Of a stretch of DNA of 46,572 bases, positions 10,355 to 19,780 are shown piece by piece. A program made the translations under genes and the position numbers. The DNA lies in NCBI GenBank assembly GCA_039679545.1, contig JBDKUT010000125.1, forward strand, positions 1 to 46,572, in the 5' to 3' direction. Below the pieces are notes generated by a model. The model saw only the letters and a list, made by a program, of their open reading frames with translations, had not been told where the DNA came from and made no database searches. The first letter of the stretch is position 1, and each line of letters begins with the position of its first letter. The DNA is from Thermotogota bacterium (GTDB lineage: Bacteria > Bipolaricaulota > Bipolaricaulia > UBA7950 > UBA9294).

Positions 10355-11350
10355 CTAGCTCGACCGCCGAACGACCAACTCCACCGGCAGCTTGAGCTGC
10401 TCGTGGCACTCCTCTCCCCTCATCTTCTTCGCCAGCACGGCGACGACCTCCTCGCCGATCTGCGTCTTGGGAACCCTGACCGTCGTGAGGGGAGTCTGCA
10501 GGCACGATGCGAAGTCGATGTCGTCGTAGCCGACAATGGCGATGTCGCGCGGAACCCGAAGTCCCGCTTCCCCAGCCGTCTGCATTGCGCCAAGCGCCAC
10601 GTAGTCGCTGAACGCGAACAGCGCGGTCGGACGCGACGCTTCGTTCGCCAAGAGCTCCTTGGCGTACGCGCGACCGTCTCCCATCGTCAGCGCCCCGGCT
10701 CGGATCAGCGAGTCGTCGAGGTCGATGCCGCGCTCCTCGAGCGCCATCTTGTACCCTCGGAACCGTTCCTTGGCGCTCGAGTTGGCGGCAGGTCCATTGA
10801 TCAGGGCAATCCGCTCATGCCTCCGATCGAGCAGGTGCTTCGTAGCCAAGTACCCGCCTTGCACGTCGTCCGCCGCGACGTAGTCCGTCTCGCAGTCCGC
10901 GAAGTACCGCGCAACCAGAACGAACGGGATTCCCGCCTCTTGGAGCAGGGTGATGCTCTTCTTGCCGGTCTGAACCGGGCTGATCAGCACGCCGTCGACC
11001 TGCTCGGCCTGCATGACCCTGACCGCCTCCTCCTCGTTCGCGTAGTTCTCACCGGTATCCTGCAGAATGATGCTGTAGCCGAGCGTCTTGGCGGCCTCGC
11101 CCATGCCCTTCACAACAGCAGAGAAGAACGGGTTCGCGATGTCTGCAACGATGACGCCGATCACGCCCGTCTTGTTCGACCGCAGTCCGCGAGCGAGGCG
11201 ATTCGGTTTGTACCGAAGCTTCCGCGCCTCTTCCAGAACGAGCTGGCGCGTCTCCGGGTTGACATCCGGCTTGTTGTTGAGCGCGCGCGAAACCGTATTG
11301 ATGGAAACTCCCGCCGCCTGGGCTACGTCTCGGATCGTCGGATTATCCAT
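10355..11350 (-). CDS. LacI-family transcriptional regulator
   Basis: TIRDVAQAAGVSINTVSRALN HTH, hinge YKPNRLARGL, IVGYDD, PLTTV. Confidence 0.95.
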   Translation of the reverse strand: MDNPTIRDVAQAAGVSINTVSRALNNKPDVNPETRQLVLEEARKLRYKPNRLARGLRSNKTGVIGVIVADIANPFFSAVVKGMGEAAKTLGYSIILQDTGENYANEEEAVRVMQAEQVDGVLISPVQTGKKSITLLQEAGIPFVLVARYFADCETDYVAADDVQGGYLATKHLLDRRHERIALINGPAANSSAKERFRGYKMALEERGIDLDDSLIRAGALTMGDGRAYAKELLANEASRPTALFAFSDYVALGAMQTAGEAGLRVPRDIAIVGYDDIDFASCLQTPLTTVRVPKTQIGEEVVAVLAKKMRGEECHEQLKLPVELVVRRSS

Positions 11351-11367
11351 CGAATCTCCTCACGGAA

Positions 11368-11395
11368 TACTAAACGTTACCGGTAACGTTTAGTA
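11368..11395. promoter_or_regulatory. 28-bp perfect palindrome, putative LacI operator 1
   Basis: TACTAAACGTTACCGGTAACGTTTAGTA, between the predicted -10 and the lacI-family start. Confidence 0.8.
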
Positions 11396-11397
11396 CC

Positions 11398-11426
11398 ACT
11401 CTACACGGCCTCTCCCGGTTTGTCAA
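11398..11426 (-). promoter_or_regulatory. Sigma70-type promoter for regulator/permease/catabolic operon
   Basis: TTGACA (11426-11421), 17 nt, TAGAGT (11403-11398). Confidence 0.7.
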
Positions 11427-11479
11427 CCGGGACCCCTCACGCGCCGCCTCGTCGCCCACCGTGATCCGGCCTTTCTCGT

Positions 11480-14101
11480 CTACCGCCGTCGAACTTCGCT
11501 TCCCGAGAGGCGCAGCCCGACTTCGGCGGTCCCGGGCAGCGGCCCCTCTACGCGGACACGGCCTTGATCCATGACGCGGACCACGGCTGTTCCCTTGTCT
11601 GCGCGTACCTCGCCAGCCACACCCGCGCCTGTGATCTCGAACGCCATTTCGCGCACGAGACCTGTCGAATCCTCAAGGGTCAGGAACAACTCGCCGGTGC
11701 GAGGTCCCGCCACAACGCGCGCGATCTCGCCCTTTTCAACCCGCACGTCGAGACACAACGGGTCGATTCGCAGCCGCTTGCGAAGGCCATCCCACGGGAC
11801 GATGACGTACCGGCCAGCCTTGTCCCGTTCAACGTCACAGCCGTACCCGACCAAGCCAAACGCCTTGTCCTCCACGACGTAGGCCTTAGCCGCGAGGAGA
11901 TAGCTATAGAGACCGAGATCTGTGTCGAGCGAACGGAGATCGAACCCCATCCGATCCGGCCACCAAAGGAACCAGCCCCGGACCGCCCCGTTGTCCTGGA
12001 TCGTCGCAAGGAAGCTGGTCAGACCGCCGTACCCCCACGCCAGCATCTCCGGATCTCCGGTCTCCTCGAAGCCGGAGAAGAGGACCCGGCTGTTCTGCGT
12101 CTGCGCGTACCAGCAGGACACGTTCCCGCGCTTCTCGTTCCCGTACCAAAACCACACAGGCTGTCCGCCGGCTCTCAGGGCCTTTGTTACGCGAAGGGTC
12201 TTCAGCACCTTCTCGCGGTGCCCGAAGCGCGTCATGAGAGCGTGAACTTGGTCGTGGCCCGTCTGATCCACGTAGAGCTCCGACCCGAACGGGTATGGCG
12301 TCTTCTCCATGATGTCGACGACGTGAGATACCTTGGGGAGGAGTTGCCGATACTTCTCCGGCGCGTCCCGTTCGAGATCGTCGAGGATATTCGTCAAGTT
12401 GGCGCCCGCCGGCGCGCCGTAGTTCCAGTGCTTCCCGATCTCGAGCCACTTCATCGCCGTGTGCCAGCACAGGTCAAGGTACTCCTCGGCCGTCCGCTGG
12501 CTCAGGAGTCCGTGCGTTCTCCCGATCTTGTACATGGCATGGTAGATGTTCGCAGCGAGCGGGTAGTTGAACGTCCGCGTCGTCAGCTCCGCCGTCTTCT
12601 TGTCCCACTGCCACGGCTGGCGGGACGGATGATCGGGGAACCAGACCATGCCGCGGCGGATCTCGTATGTCTCGGGGTTCTGCAACGTGTGGAAGAGGAA
12701 CCCGTCGACGAACCGCTCCAGAGCGTCGATCTCCCGCTTGTCGGGGTAGTGGACGTTCTTCTCGGCGAGGAACATTGCGATCGGAAGGCCGTACTCGTCC
12801 GATCCCCCGACTTGCCAAGCTTCGTCACTCTCAAGGAACAAGGCGTCGGCCATGGTGTCATACGGCAGGAAGGCAAACTGACGCCCGTAGGGATCGCGTG
12901 GGTTCTCGTAAAGCTGGCGATCAACCATGAACTTCGCCCGCGCCTTCACGAGCTCCGAGAACGGAGGTAGCGCATAGAAGAGCACGTTCGTCCACCTCCC
13001 GTCGCCGTGTAGGATGCGAACCTTCTTCTGCCCGCGCGTGCCAAATCGCAGGACGTACTCGTGGAGGTCAGACGCGCGCTTCGAGGCCGACTCCTCGATC
13101 ACCACATCGCTGGCCTCGGGAAGAAGCGTCGGGGCTTCCTGAGAACGCACGTGGAAGTGAACAGCGGTCTCGACAGGGACGACCATGGCCGGCTGCACGT
13201 GCACGGCGATACGTCCGTGCCGAACCAGCTCCTCCTCCACCTCAGCGTGGCTCGCGAGGAACACGAACCGGAACTGGAAGACCTTCGACTCCCCCGGACG
13301 AAGCACGAGGAAGCTGTGGCCGTTGATCCAGCTGCGTTGTGGGTCCCTCGGTGCATTCCAAACGTTTGCCTGCTTGCGAGCCCAGCTGTGGGCGGCGACA
13401 AGGTGTTGCCCTTCCCAGATGACGTCCCAGTGCGAGCCTTCCGCGTTGTCCATCTTGTAGGCGGCCTCAAGCGACGTATCGCCCACGGTGTGGAACAGGA
13501 GAAACCGGCCTTCTCCGGACGGCCGCTGGAAGAGCCCGTACGAGCTGTGTCCGCAGATCGCAAGGTGCATCATGACCTTGTCCTCGTGCCACGCCCGCTG
13601 CCGTTCTGCGTCGTCCTCAAGCCTCCCAGGGCCGCGGAACAACGCCGCGTAGTCGATGTTCATCGTCAGCGGGAACGCCACCTCGCCGACCTCGAGAAGC
13701 TCCTTCGTCTGGTTCGTGAGCGTGACGTCCCACCGCAAGCCGTTCTTCTCCGCGTAGAACGCTTCGCAGACGCCAACAGTTCGAAGTCCCTCCTCGTTTG
13801 CCGAGGATCCCTCGTAGCGAATCTCAACCCGTCGCCCCGACGGATCCCCGCTCACGACCCGCGTGTCCGCGGAACGAGCCGTGAGTTCCTTTCTCCAGGC
13901 GCCCGCGCACCAGGTCCGCAGGACGACATCTCCAAGCCAGGCCGGGTCAGCGAGGAATCCCGGATCGGAGATGTTGTCGGAGGTTCCGACGAAATTCGTC
14001 CCCTGCGAATCCGTTCGGTCCCGGAACCCTCGAACGACGCCCCGTTCGGTATCGAACTCGGCCCGGAAGCCGTCCCCCGTCAGTGCGCAAGAACCTTTCA
14101 C
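11480..14101 (-). CDS. DUF5695-like large putative glycoside hydrolase
   Basis: Start reassigned to GTG 14101 (RBS GAGGAGG). Motifs LGDVVLR, GGSDE, RTFNYP, PYPFGSELYVDQTG, QPVWFWYG resemble DUF5695 proteins as I recall them; lies inside the sugar locus. Confidence 0.7.
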   Translation of the reverse strand: MKGSCALTGDGFRAEFDTERGVVRGFRDRTDSQGTNFVGTSDNISDPGFLADPAWLGDVVLRTWCAGAWRKELTARSADTRVVSGDPSGRRVEIRYEGSSANEEGLRTVGVCEAFYAEKNGLRWDVTLTNQTKELLEVGEVAFPLTMNIDYAALFRGPGRLEDDAERQRAWHEDKVMMHLAICGHSSYGLFQRPSGEGRFLLFHTVGDTSLEAAYKMDNAEGSHWDVIWEGQHLVAAHSWARKQANVWNAPRDPQRSWINGHSFLVLRPGESKVFQFRFVFLASHAEVEEELVRHGRIAVHVQPAMVVPVETAVHFHVRSQEAPTLLPEASDVVIEESASKRASDLHEYVLRFGTRGQKKVRILHGDGRWTNVLFYALPPFSELVKARAKFMVDRQLYENPRDPYGRQFAFLPYDTMADALFLESDEAWQVGGSDEYGLPIAMFLAEKNVHYPDKREIDALERFVDGFLFHTLQNPETYEIRRGMVWFPDHPSRQPWQWDKKTAELTTRTFNYPLAANIYHAMYKIGRTHGLLSQRTAEEYLDLCWHTAMKWLEIGKHWNYGAPAGANLTNILDDLERDAPEKYRQLLPKVSHVVDIMEKTPYPFGSELYVDQTGHDQVHALMTRFGHREKVLKTLRVTKALRAGGQPVWFWYGNEKRGNVSCWYAQTQNSRVLFSGFEETGDPEMLAWGYGGLTSFLATIQDNGAVRGWFLWWPDRMGFDLRSLDTDLGLYSYLLAAKAYVVEDKAFGLVGYGCDVERDKAGRYVIVPWDGLRKRLRIDPLCLDVRVEKGEIARVVAGPRTGELFLTLEDSTGLVREMAFEITGAGVAGEVRADKGTAVVRVMDQGRVRVEGPLPGTAEVGLRLSGSEVRRR

Positions 14102-14184
14102 GTCTGCTACCTCCTCATTTCCCGAGCGATCCAGTCCCAAGGTTCGTCCTCTTCACTCGGCTGCATTCCCCAGAGGGCCGGGCG

Positions 14185-14212
14185 GGGGCACGGGAGAAAC
14201 CTCCCGTGCCCC
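14185..14212 (-). terminator. 12-bp GC stem-loop after the binding-protein gene (partial terminator or mRNA stabiliser)
   Basis: GGGGCACGGGAG-aaac-CTCCCGTGCCCC; no U-tract. Confidence 0.6.
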
Positions 14213-14229
14213 GCACCCGAAACGATTCC

Positions 14230-16287
14230 CTACTGACCGAAGACCTTGTACCAGGTCTGCGACTTGTAGGTGTCTGGGGTCGGCAGATACTGCAAGTACT
14301 GTTCCGTGGGCAGCTGCTTGCCCACCGGGCACCAGATCAGTTCCACGGGGATGTTCTCGTGGAACCAATCGTAGAGGTAGATCGGCAGATCCGACGGGTA
14401 GTTCATGTGACGCTTCGTAAACGTCATCGAGTACGCCACCTCAACGAGCGGAATCGCGTAGACGTTCTTCGTCGTCAGCGCGAGGACCTCGTGGAACGCA
14501 TCGGCTCGCTGCGCGGCGTCCGGCATCGTGAACGTCGACACCAGGAGCTCGCCCATCCGCTCTTCGAACGGCATCAGATCGCGTGTCCCGTCAGCCCCCG
14601 TCTTGTGCCACCATGGGGTCGACGGAGAGATGGGGCCGATCGATTCCTGTCGGGAGTCGGGCGTCGTGCTGTAGGTCGGCTCGAGGATCGCGTCGAACTC
14701 CGCGAGATCCTCCTTCTCTTGCAGGAGAGCCTCTCCGATCGTCCGGAGCTGCATGTCGACGCCTACCGCTTTCAGGAACGGCTGTGAGGCTTCAGCCAGC
14801 GCGATGTGATCGGGGTTCGTGGCTGCCGTCAGAAGCTCAATGGTGAGTTCCTGCCCGGCAAGGGCACTTCCGGCCGGCCAATTGAGAATGCCGTCGCCGT
14901 TCGTATCCTTGAACCCCAACCCCGCCAAGAGCTCCTTCGCGCGGGTCGGGTTGTAGACGTACTTGGTGACGTCCTGCTCACGGTAGAGCGGGCTCCCCGA
15001 CGGGTATCCACCGTAGAATACCTGCACATCAGGAGTCCCGAACACACCTTCGGCGATGCCTTGGCCGTCAATAGCGTAGGCAAGCGCCTGTCGGAACTCG
15101 AGCTTCCGGAACAGCTCGCGAAGCGCCGTGTCCCGAGTATCGCGGATCCCCACGTTTGTAGCGTAGTTCAGGAAGATCGCAAACGGCTGTGTGAACGGTC
15201 CCCACTGGAACTCAAACGGTGCCTTCGCGTCCTGCGACGCCGCATAGATGAGCCGCGTCAGCTGGATGTCCTGCAGCGGAGCCTGGTCGATCTCACCGGT
15301 GAGCGTGCGGTAGTTGCGCATGCTCCAGTCCGGATCCTGGATCCACACGGCAGCGTCCAGATACGGAAGCTGCTGCCCCTTCTCATCCACCTTGTAGTAG
15401 TACGGATTCCGGACGTAGACCGTTACGCTCGCCGGCTCGTAGTGTACCGGCACGAACGGACCGATCACGACGGCCGGCACGTTGCTCGTCTTCGGCGCCG
15501 CCAGGAGGTCGTCGTACGTCATGCTCGGGTTGTACTTCGGATGGTAGCTCTTGTAGACGTGCGCCGGGATGGGGGCGTAGTACTTCCCGTCCATGAGGTA
15601 CAGCGCCCGCACTGGGAACGCTGCACCGAAGTGCCAGCGAATCGTGTACGCGTCGACCTTCTCGAGTTCCGTCACCTTCCCGCCGAACGTCCAGCTGTCG
15701 GCGTTCTGCATGCTCGGAACCTTCGGGTCGAGGATCAGGTCGTTGTAGGTGAACAGGATGTCGTCGGCCGTGAACTCCACGCCGTCCGACCACTTCACGC
15801 CCTCCATAAGGTGCATGGTGAGCGTGTATCCGTCGCTCGACCACTCCCAGCTCTTCGCCAGGTTCGGCACCGGCTCGGGGCTCTTCATCACCCACATCAA
15901 GGCGACGTCCACGAGTCCCTCGTTCTTGTGCCCTTCACCGCCTTCCCACGCCGAGTAGCAGCCCATCATGTTCTGCCAACACTCCGGCTCGGATCCGCGC
16001 GAGTGCCGCATCAGGTCGCCGTACACGCCGGTTCCGTCCAGCATGAACGACGTCTTCCAGACGAACGGTTCCTTCGGGAGACGCTCCCCGACGGGCGGCA
16101 GCTTTCCCTCCGCGACAAGTTTCGCCAACGATGGAGCTTCCGAATACGACGGAAGGCTTCGATACTCGAACATCTCGCTCGGGGTCGTGTACTTGGCACC
16201 CATCGAGCGAGGGTCATCGCCTCCAATCGCCACGAGCGACGCCAACAACAACAGGATCATCACGGGCAGTGCCCAGACCTTACGCAT
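14230..16287 (-). CDS. ABC substrate-binding protein, family 5, AgpA-like oligosaccharide binder
   Basis: Signal peptide; GKLPPVGERLPKEP, PNLAKSWEWS, GVKWSDG..FTADD, RNPYYYKVD..GQQLPYLD. Confidence 0.9.
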   Translation of the reverse strand: MRKVWALPVMILLLLASLVAIGGDDPRSMGAKYTTPSEMFEYRSLPSYSEAPSLAKLVAEGKLPPVGERLPKEPFVWKTSFMLDGTGVYGDLMRHSRGSEPECWQNMMGCYSAWEGGEGHKNEGLVDVALMWVMKSPEPVPNLAKSWEWSSDGYTLTMHLMEGVKWSDGVEFTADDILFTYNDLILDPKVPSMQNADSWTFGGKVTELEKVDAYTIRWHFGAAFPVRALYLMDGKYYAPIPAHVYKSYHPKYNPSMTYDDLLAAPKTSNVPAVVIGPFVPVHYEPASVTVYVRNPYYYKVDEKGQQLPYLDAAVWIQDPDWSMRNYRTLTGEIDQAPLQDIQLTRLIYAASQDAKAPFEFQWGPFTQPFAIFLNYATNVGIRDTRDTALRELFRKLEFRQALAYAIDGQGIAEGVFGTPDVQVFYGGYPSGSPLYREQDVTKYVYNPTRAKELLAGLGFKDTNGDGILNWPAGSALAGQELTIELLTAATNPDHIALAEASQPFLKAVGVDMQLRTIGEALLQEKEDLAEFDAILEPTYSTTPDSRQESIGPISPSTPWWHKTGADGTRDLMPFEERMGELLVSTFTMPDAAQRADAFHEVLALTTKNVYAIPLVEVAYSMTFTKRHMNYPSDLPIYLYDWFHENIPVELIWCPVGKQLPTEQYLQYLPTPDTYKSQTWYKVFGQ

Positions 16288-16494
16288 AGCGCTCCTCCTG
16301 CTCCGAAACCTTTGCCAGTACGGTTGCCACCCTCGGCAGTCCCTCTCCCGAATTCGATGCCATCACCTCCTCGCGAACCACGAAACCCTGGGTTCTAAGT
16401 TTTCGATAGGGAATACAGCTTCGACATGCGATCCCCTGAGGGGTCTTGGCAAGTTGCGATCTTCGGCCGTCCTGAACGTTTCGAGTCATATCAC

Positions 16495-16512
16495 AACGTT
16501 ACCGGTAACGTT
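16495..16512. promoter_or_regulatory. Putative LacI operator 2
   Basis: AACGTTACCGGTAACGTT, identical to the core of operator 1 (11373-11390). Confidence 0.8.
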
Positions 16513-16521
16513 ATCATTCCC

Positions 16522-16551
16522 AGCATACCAGAAGCGGCAACTGGGTGTCAA
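16522..16551 (-). promoter_or_regulatory. Sigma70-type promoter for the binding-protein gene
   Basis: TTGACA (16551-16546), 18 nt, extended -10 TGG-TATGCT (16527-16522), just upstream of operator 2. Confidence 0.65.
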
Positions 16552-16676
16552 ATCCGGTCGCGACACCGCTATCAGCCAGCAGGACGGGCATTGGACAGCC
16601 CTAAGGAGAGCGACGCGTGATCCGAATGGAAGAGAACGGCCGGAAACCCGAAAGGAAAGGACCGAAGTGGAGCCCG

Positions 16677-17669
16677 CTAGAGGAAAACTCGGTAGTCTAA
16701 CTCCAGTTCGCGCAGCGCCTCGATCCGCCGGGTGTAGTACTCGTCGTCGAGTCCGCCGTATCCCCAGTGCCAGGCGTTCTCGGCGTGTACGCCCATGTGC
16801 CAGATGTGTCTCGCGCAAACAAAGAGAGGCACGGCGGCCAGGTCGAGGTCGCCCACCGCGCGCACGGCGTGGTAGGCCGACAGGAACGGCGCCCATCGCG
16901 CGTCCTCCTGCCCCTGCAGTCGTGCGCACCATCGGAACACGGCGAGGTCGTAGGCGCGGTATCCGAAACCGCCGCCGTCGAAGTCGTAGAACGTGAGAAC
17001 GCCGTCCTCGTCTACGTTCGCATGGTAGCCTTGCAGGTCGCCGTGGCAGACGCCCCGCTCAAGCTCGGCCTCCGGGAGGGCACGAATCGCGTGCTTGACG
17101 GCCTCGGCGAAACGCGCGAAGTACTCCCAGTCACGGACCCTCGGCGACAGGATCGGCTCGACGTGCGCCAGCGGCCGGTCGATCAGATGTTCGAGGTCAA
17201 TCTGGAACCGGCAGTGCCCGCTCGCGAAGTCGCCAAGCGCGTTGTGCACCGCAGCCACAGCGTTGCCGTAGGCACGGGCGGGGGGAACCGGGTCCTCCGC
17301 GTACGACAGCTCGCGGCCTCGCGCGAGGGCGAACAGCGCCACAAAGCGCGTCCCCTCCGGGGCATTGACCTCGTGCAAGAAGGAGCCGCCGGGTTTCGCG
17401 ATGGGGTACGCCACAGGGATGCCCTTTCGGCGCAGGTGGTCGAGCACGTCGAGTTCGTAGAGCGCGTCCTCGCGCGTGCGCCAGCCGCGACGGTAGACGC
17501 GCAGGAAGTAGACCGACCCGTTCGCCGCCTCGACGCGGTACGTGTCGTTGAACCCGCCCTGGTGGAAGCGGACTCGATCGACTCGGCCGACCCCGAACGC
17601 GGGAACCACGTCGGAGGCGAGCGCCTCCGGCAGCAGGACCGAGTTCGCCACGGGAAACGGGCGCCTCAC
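16677..17669 (-). CDS. APH/choline-kinase-like phosphotransferase (homoserine kinase type II-like)
   Basis: GFNDTY, FLRVYR, CHGDL, FYDFD, YDLA. Confidence 0.85.
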   Translation of the reverse strand: MRRPFPVANSVLLPEALASDVVPAFGVGRVDRVRFHQGGFNDTYRVEAANGSVYFLRVYRRGWRTREDALYELDVLDHLRRKGIPVAYPIAKPGGSFLHEVNAPEGTRFVALFALARGRELSYAEDPVPPARAYGNAVAAVHNALGDFASGHCRFQIDLEHLIDRPLAHVEPILSPRVRDWEYFARFAEAVKHAIRALPEAELERGVCHGDLQGYHANVDEDGVLTFYDFDGGGFGYRAYDLAVFRWCARLQGQEDARWAPFLSAYHAVRAVGDLDLAAVPLFVCARHIWHMGVHAENAWHWGYGGLDDEYYTRRIEALRELELDYRVFL

Positions 17670-18139
17670 TCGTTCCCCGCCTTCCGGCTGTCCGGCTGGA
17701 ACCCCGTCGGAACCGCACTCCTACATCGATCGCACGTCGTCTCGTACCACCACGTGGGCTTGCCGCAGAGCGGGCATGCCCAACGCTCCGCCTGCTCCGC
17801 GCACCACCGATCGGAACCGATCGCGCGAATCCGCTCGAGGTTCGAGACGATCTCGCTCAGGTGGGGCATCCGCGTCTGCAGGCTCTTGAGCGCGTCGCAC
17901 GGCACCTCGGGGCACTCGGCACAGGAGGAGTACCCTCTCCCGGTGGGGCAATCGCGGTACCAGCACGCGCGGCAGGCGACGGACACTCGGTTCGAACGGC
18001 ACCCGTCGCAGGCGAGACCCTCCTCCGACCGACCGAACGTCGCGGCGGCCGGGGCGAGGTCGCCCTTCTGCGTACACCGATAGATGAGGCAGGCGCCACA
18101 GTAGAGGCCGCAGTACGCGTCGAGCCTAGCGCGATCCAT
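17666..18139 (-). CDS. DUF3795-family Cys-rich protein
   Basis: AYCGLYCGAC, CDGC, SCAECPEVPC, C-terminal CPLCG...CDRC; start reassigned to ATG 18139. Confidence 0.8.
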   Translation of the reverse strand: MDRARLDAYCGLYCGACLIYRCTQKGDLAPAAATFGRSEEGLACDGCRSNRVSVACRACWYRDCPTGRGYSSCAECPEVPCDALKSLQTRMPHLSEIVSNLERIRAIGSDRWCAEQAERWACPLCGKPTWWYETTCDRCRSAVPTGFQPDSRKAGNE

Positions 18140-19103
18140 GGGCTTGCCCCTCCAGCGCCGCGAAGTACGGCCCAAAGTCGACGTTCCCGCCCGAGAGAAT
18201 CACTCCAACGCGTTTCCCGCGAACATCGACCTTTCCGACGAGGAGCGGCGCGACGGCCACCGCGGAGGACGGTTCGATCATGAGTTTCGCGCGTTCCCAC
18301 ACGAAACGCATGGCGTCGACGATCTCCCTCTCCGAGACGAGGACCATGTCGTCGAGGTCCCGCTGCAGGATCTCGAAGCCGTTCTCGCCGAGCGGGGTTC
18401 GGAGGCCGTCGGCAATCGTGTGCGGCGTGAACTCGGTCACCCGTTCTCCCGACCGCAGGGACCGAGATGCGTCATCCGCCCCCTCGGGCTCGCACCCGAT
18501 GACCACCACGTGCGGAAGAAGATGCCGAGCGGCGACGAGCGTACCGGAGAGAAGGCCGCCGCCCCCGACCGGCGCGAGGACGAGATCCAGTTCGCCAACC
18601 TCCTCGATCAACTCCCAAGCCGCGGTCCCCTGGCCAGCAATGACGCGCAGGTCGTCATGTGGGTGAATGAACGTCGCTCCGGTCTCGGCGCCGACGCGAG
18701 CCGCCACCTCGTGTCTTCCCTCGTGGGTCGCAGGGCAGAAGACCACGCGGGCCCCATAGCCACGCGTCGCCGCGACCTTGATGGGGTTCGAGTCTTCTGG
18801 CATGACGAGGTGGGCGGGAATCCCGTGCAGTTTCGCCGCCAGCGCGACCGCCTGGGCGTGGTTCCCGCTCGAGTGGGCGTACACGCCGCGCGCGCGCTCG
18901 GACGGAGCAAGCGAGGCGATCGCGTTCGTCGCCCCGCGAAACTTGAAGGACCCCGTCCGCTGAAAGTTCTCGCACTTCAGGAAAACCGTGCCGCCGCATG
19001 CCACGTCGATCGTCCGACACGTCTCGACGGGCGTACGTCGCGCAAACGCCGCGATTCGCACGCGTGCCCTCTCGACGTTTTGCCACGCCAGGTGCTTGGT
19101 CAC
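18126..19103 (-). CDS. PLP-dependent serine/threonine dehydratase / serine racemase family
   Basis: KCENFQRTGSFKFRGA, SSGNHAQ, PVGGGGL, TIADG, ILSGGN. Confidence 0.92.
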   Translation of the reverse strand: MTKHLAWQNVERARVRIAAFARRTPVETCRTIDVACGGTVFLKCENFQRTGSFKFRGATNAIASLAPSERARGVYAHSSGNHAQAVALAAKLHGIPAHLVMPEDSNPIKVAATRGYGARVVFCPATHEGRHEVAARVGAETGATFIHPHDDLRVIAGQGTAAWELIEEVGELDLVLAPVGGGGLLSGTLVAARHLLPHVVVIGCEPEGADDASRSLRSGERVTEFTPHTIADGLRTPLGENGFEILQRDLDDMVLVSEREIVDAMRFVWERAKLMIEPSSAVAVAPLLVGKVDVRGKRVGVILSGGNVDFGPYFAALEGQAHGSR

Positions 19104-19651
19104 TTCGCCTCCCGGAAGAAGGCATCACGGTAGATGCGAAGCTCGCCGATCGACTCGCGCAGGTCGTCGAGAGCGCGGTGCCTCGACGCCTTGGCCACCT
19201 TCTCAACCACCTCCGGCCGCCAGCGGCGAGCAAGCTCCTTAATGGAGCTCACGTCGACGTTCCGGTAGTGGAAGCAGGCCTCAAGCTTCGGCATGTGGCG
19301 AATGAGGAATCGACGGTCGAAGCAGACCGAGTTCCCGCACAGGGGCGACTTCCCGACCAGACAGTGGCGGCGCACGTAGGCGAGGGTTTCTGCCTCCGCT
19401 TCGCCGAGCGAGATCGTCGACGTGCGCGACGCCTCGAGCAGCCCGCTCACCCCGTGCTGCTTGCGGCACCACGGATCGAGCTGGCCGATGGCACGGCCTT
19501 CTTGGTGGATGACAAAATCGATGCCGTCGCCGAGCTCGTTCAGGTCCTTGTCCGTCACGAGGCAGGCAATCTCCAGAATGACGCGCGTCTCGGGATCGAG
19601 GCCCGTCGCCTCGAGGTCGATCCAGATCAGGTTGTCAAGGCTCCTCGCCAT
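19100..19651 (-). CDS. orn: Oligoribonuclease
   Basis: WIDLEATGLD, GNSVCFDRRF, FHYRNVDVSSIKELARRW, HRALDD; start reassigned to ATG 19651. Confidence 0.93.
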   Translation of the reverse strand: MARSLDNLIWIDLEATGLDPETRVILEIACLVTDKDLNELGDGIDFVIHQEGRAIGQLDPWCRKQHGVSGLLEASRTSTISLGEAEAETLAYVRRHCLVGKSPLCGNSVCFDRRFLIRHMPKLEACFHYRNVDVSSIKELARRWRPEVVEKVAKASRHRALDDLRESIGELRIYRDAFFREAK

Positions 19652-19780
19652 GGCCCCTCCTCGCCGGGAGAGCTTATCGCGGCGAGACGAGCGAAGCCAC
19701 GCTCCGGCCCCGCGCGAAAGACAAGGCGGTCGCGAGCCGGGCCCGCGACCGCCCAACACGAAATCCTTGCTGGACGCGAT

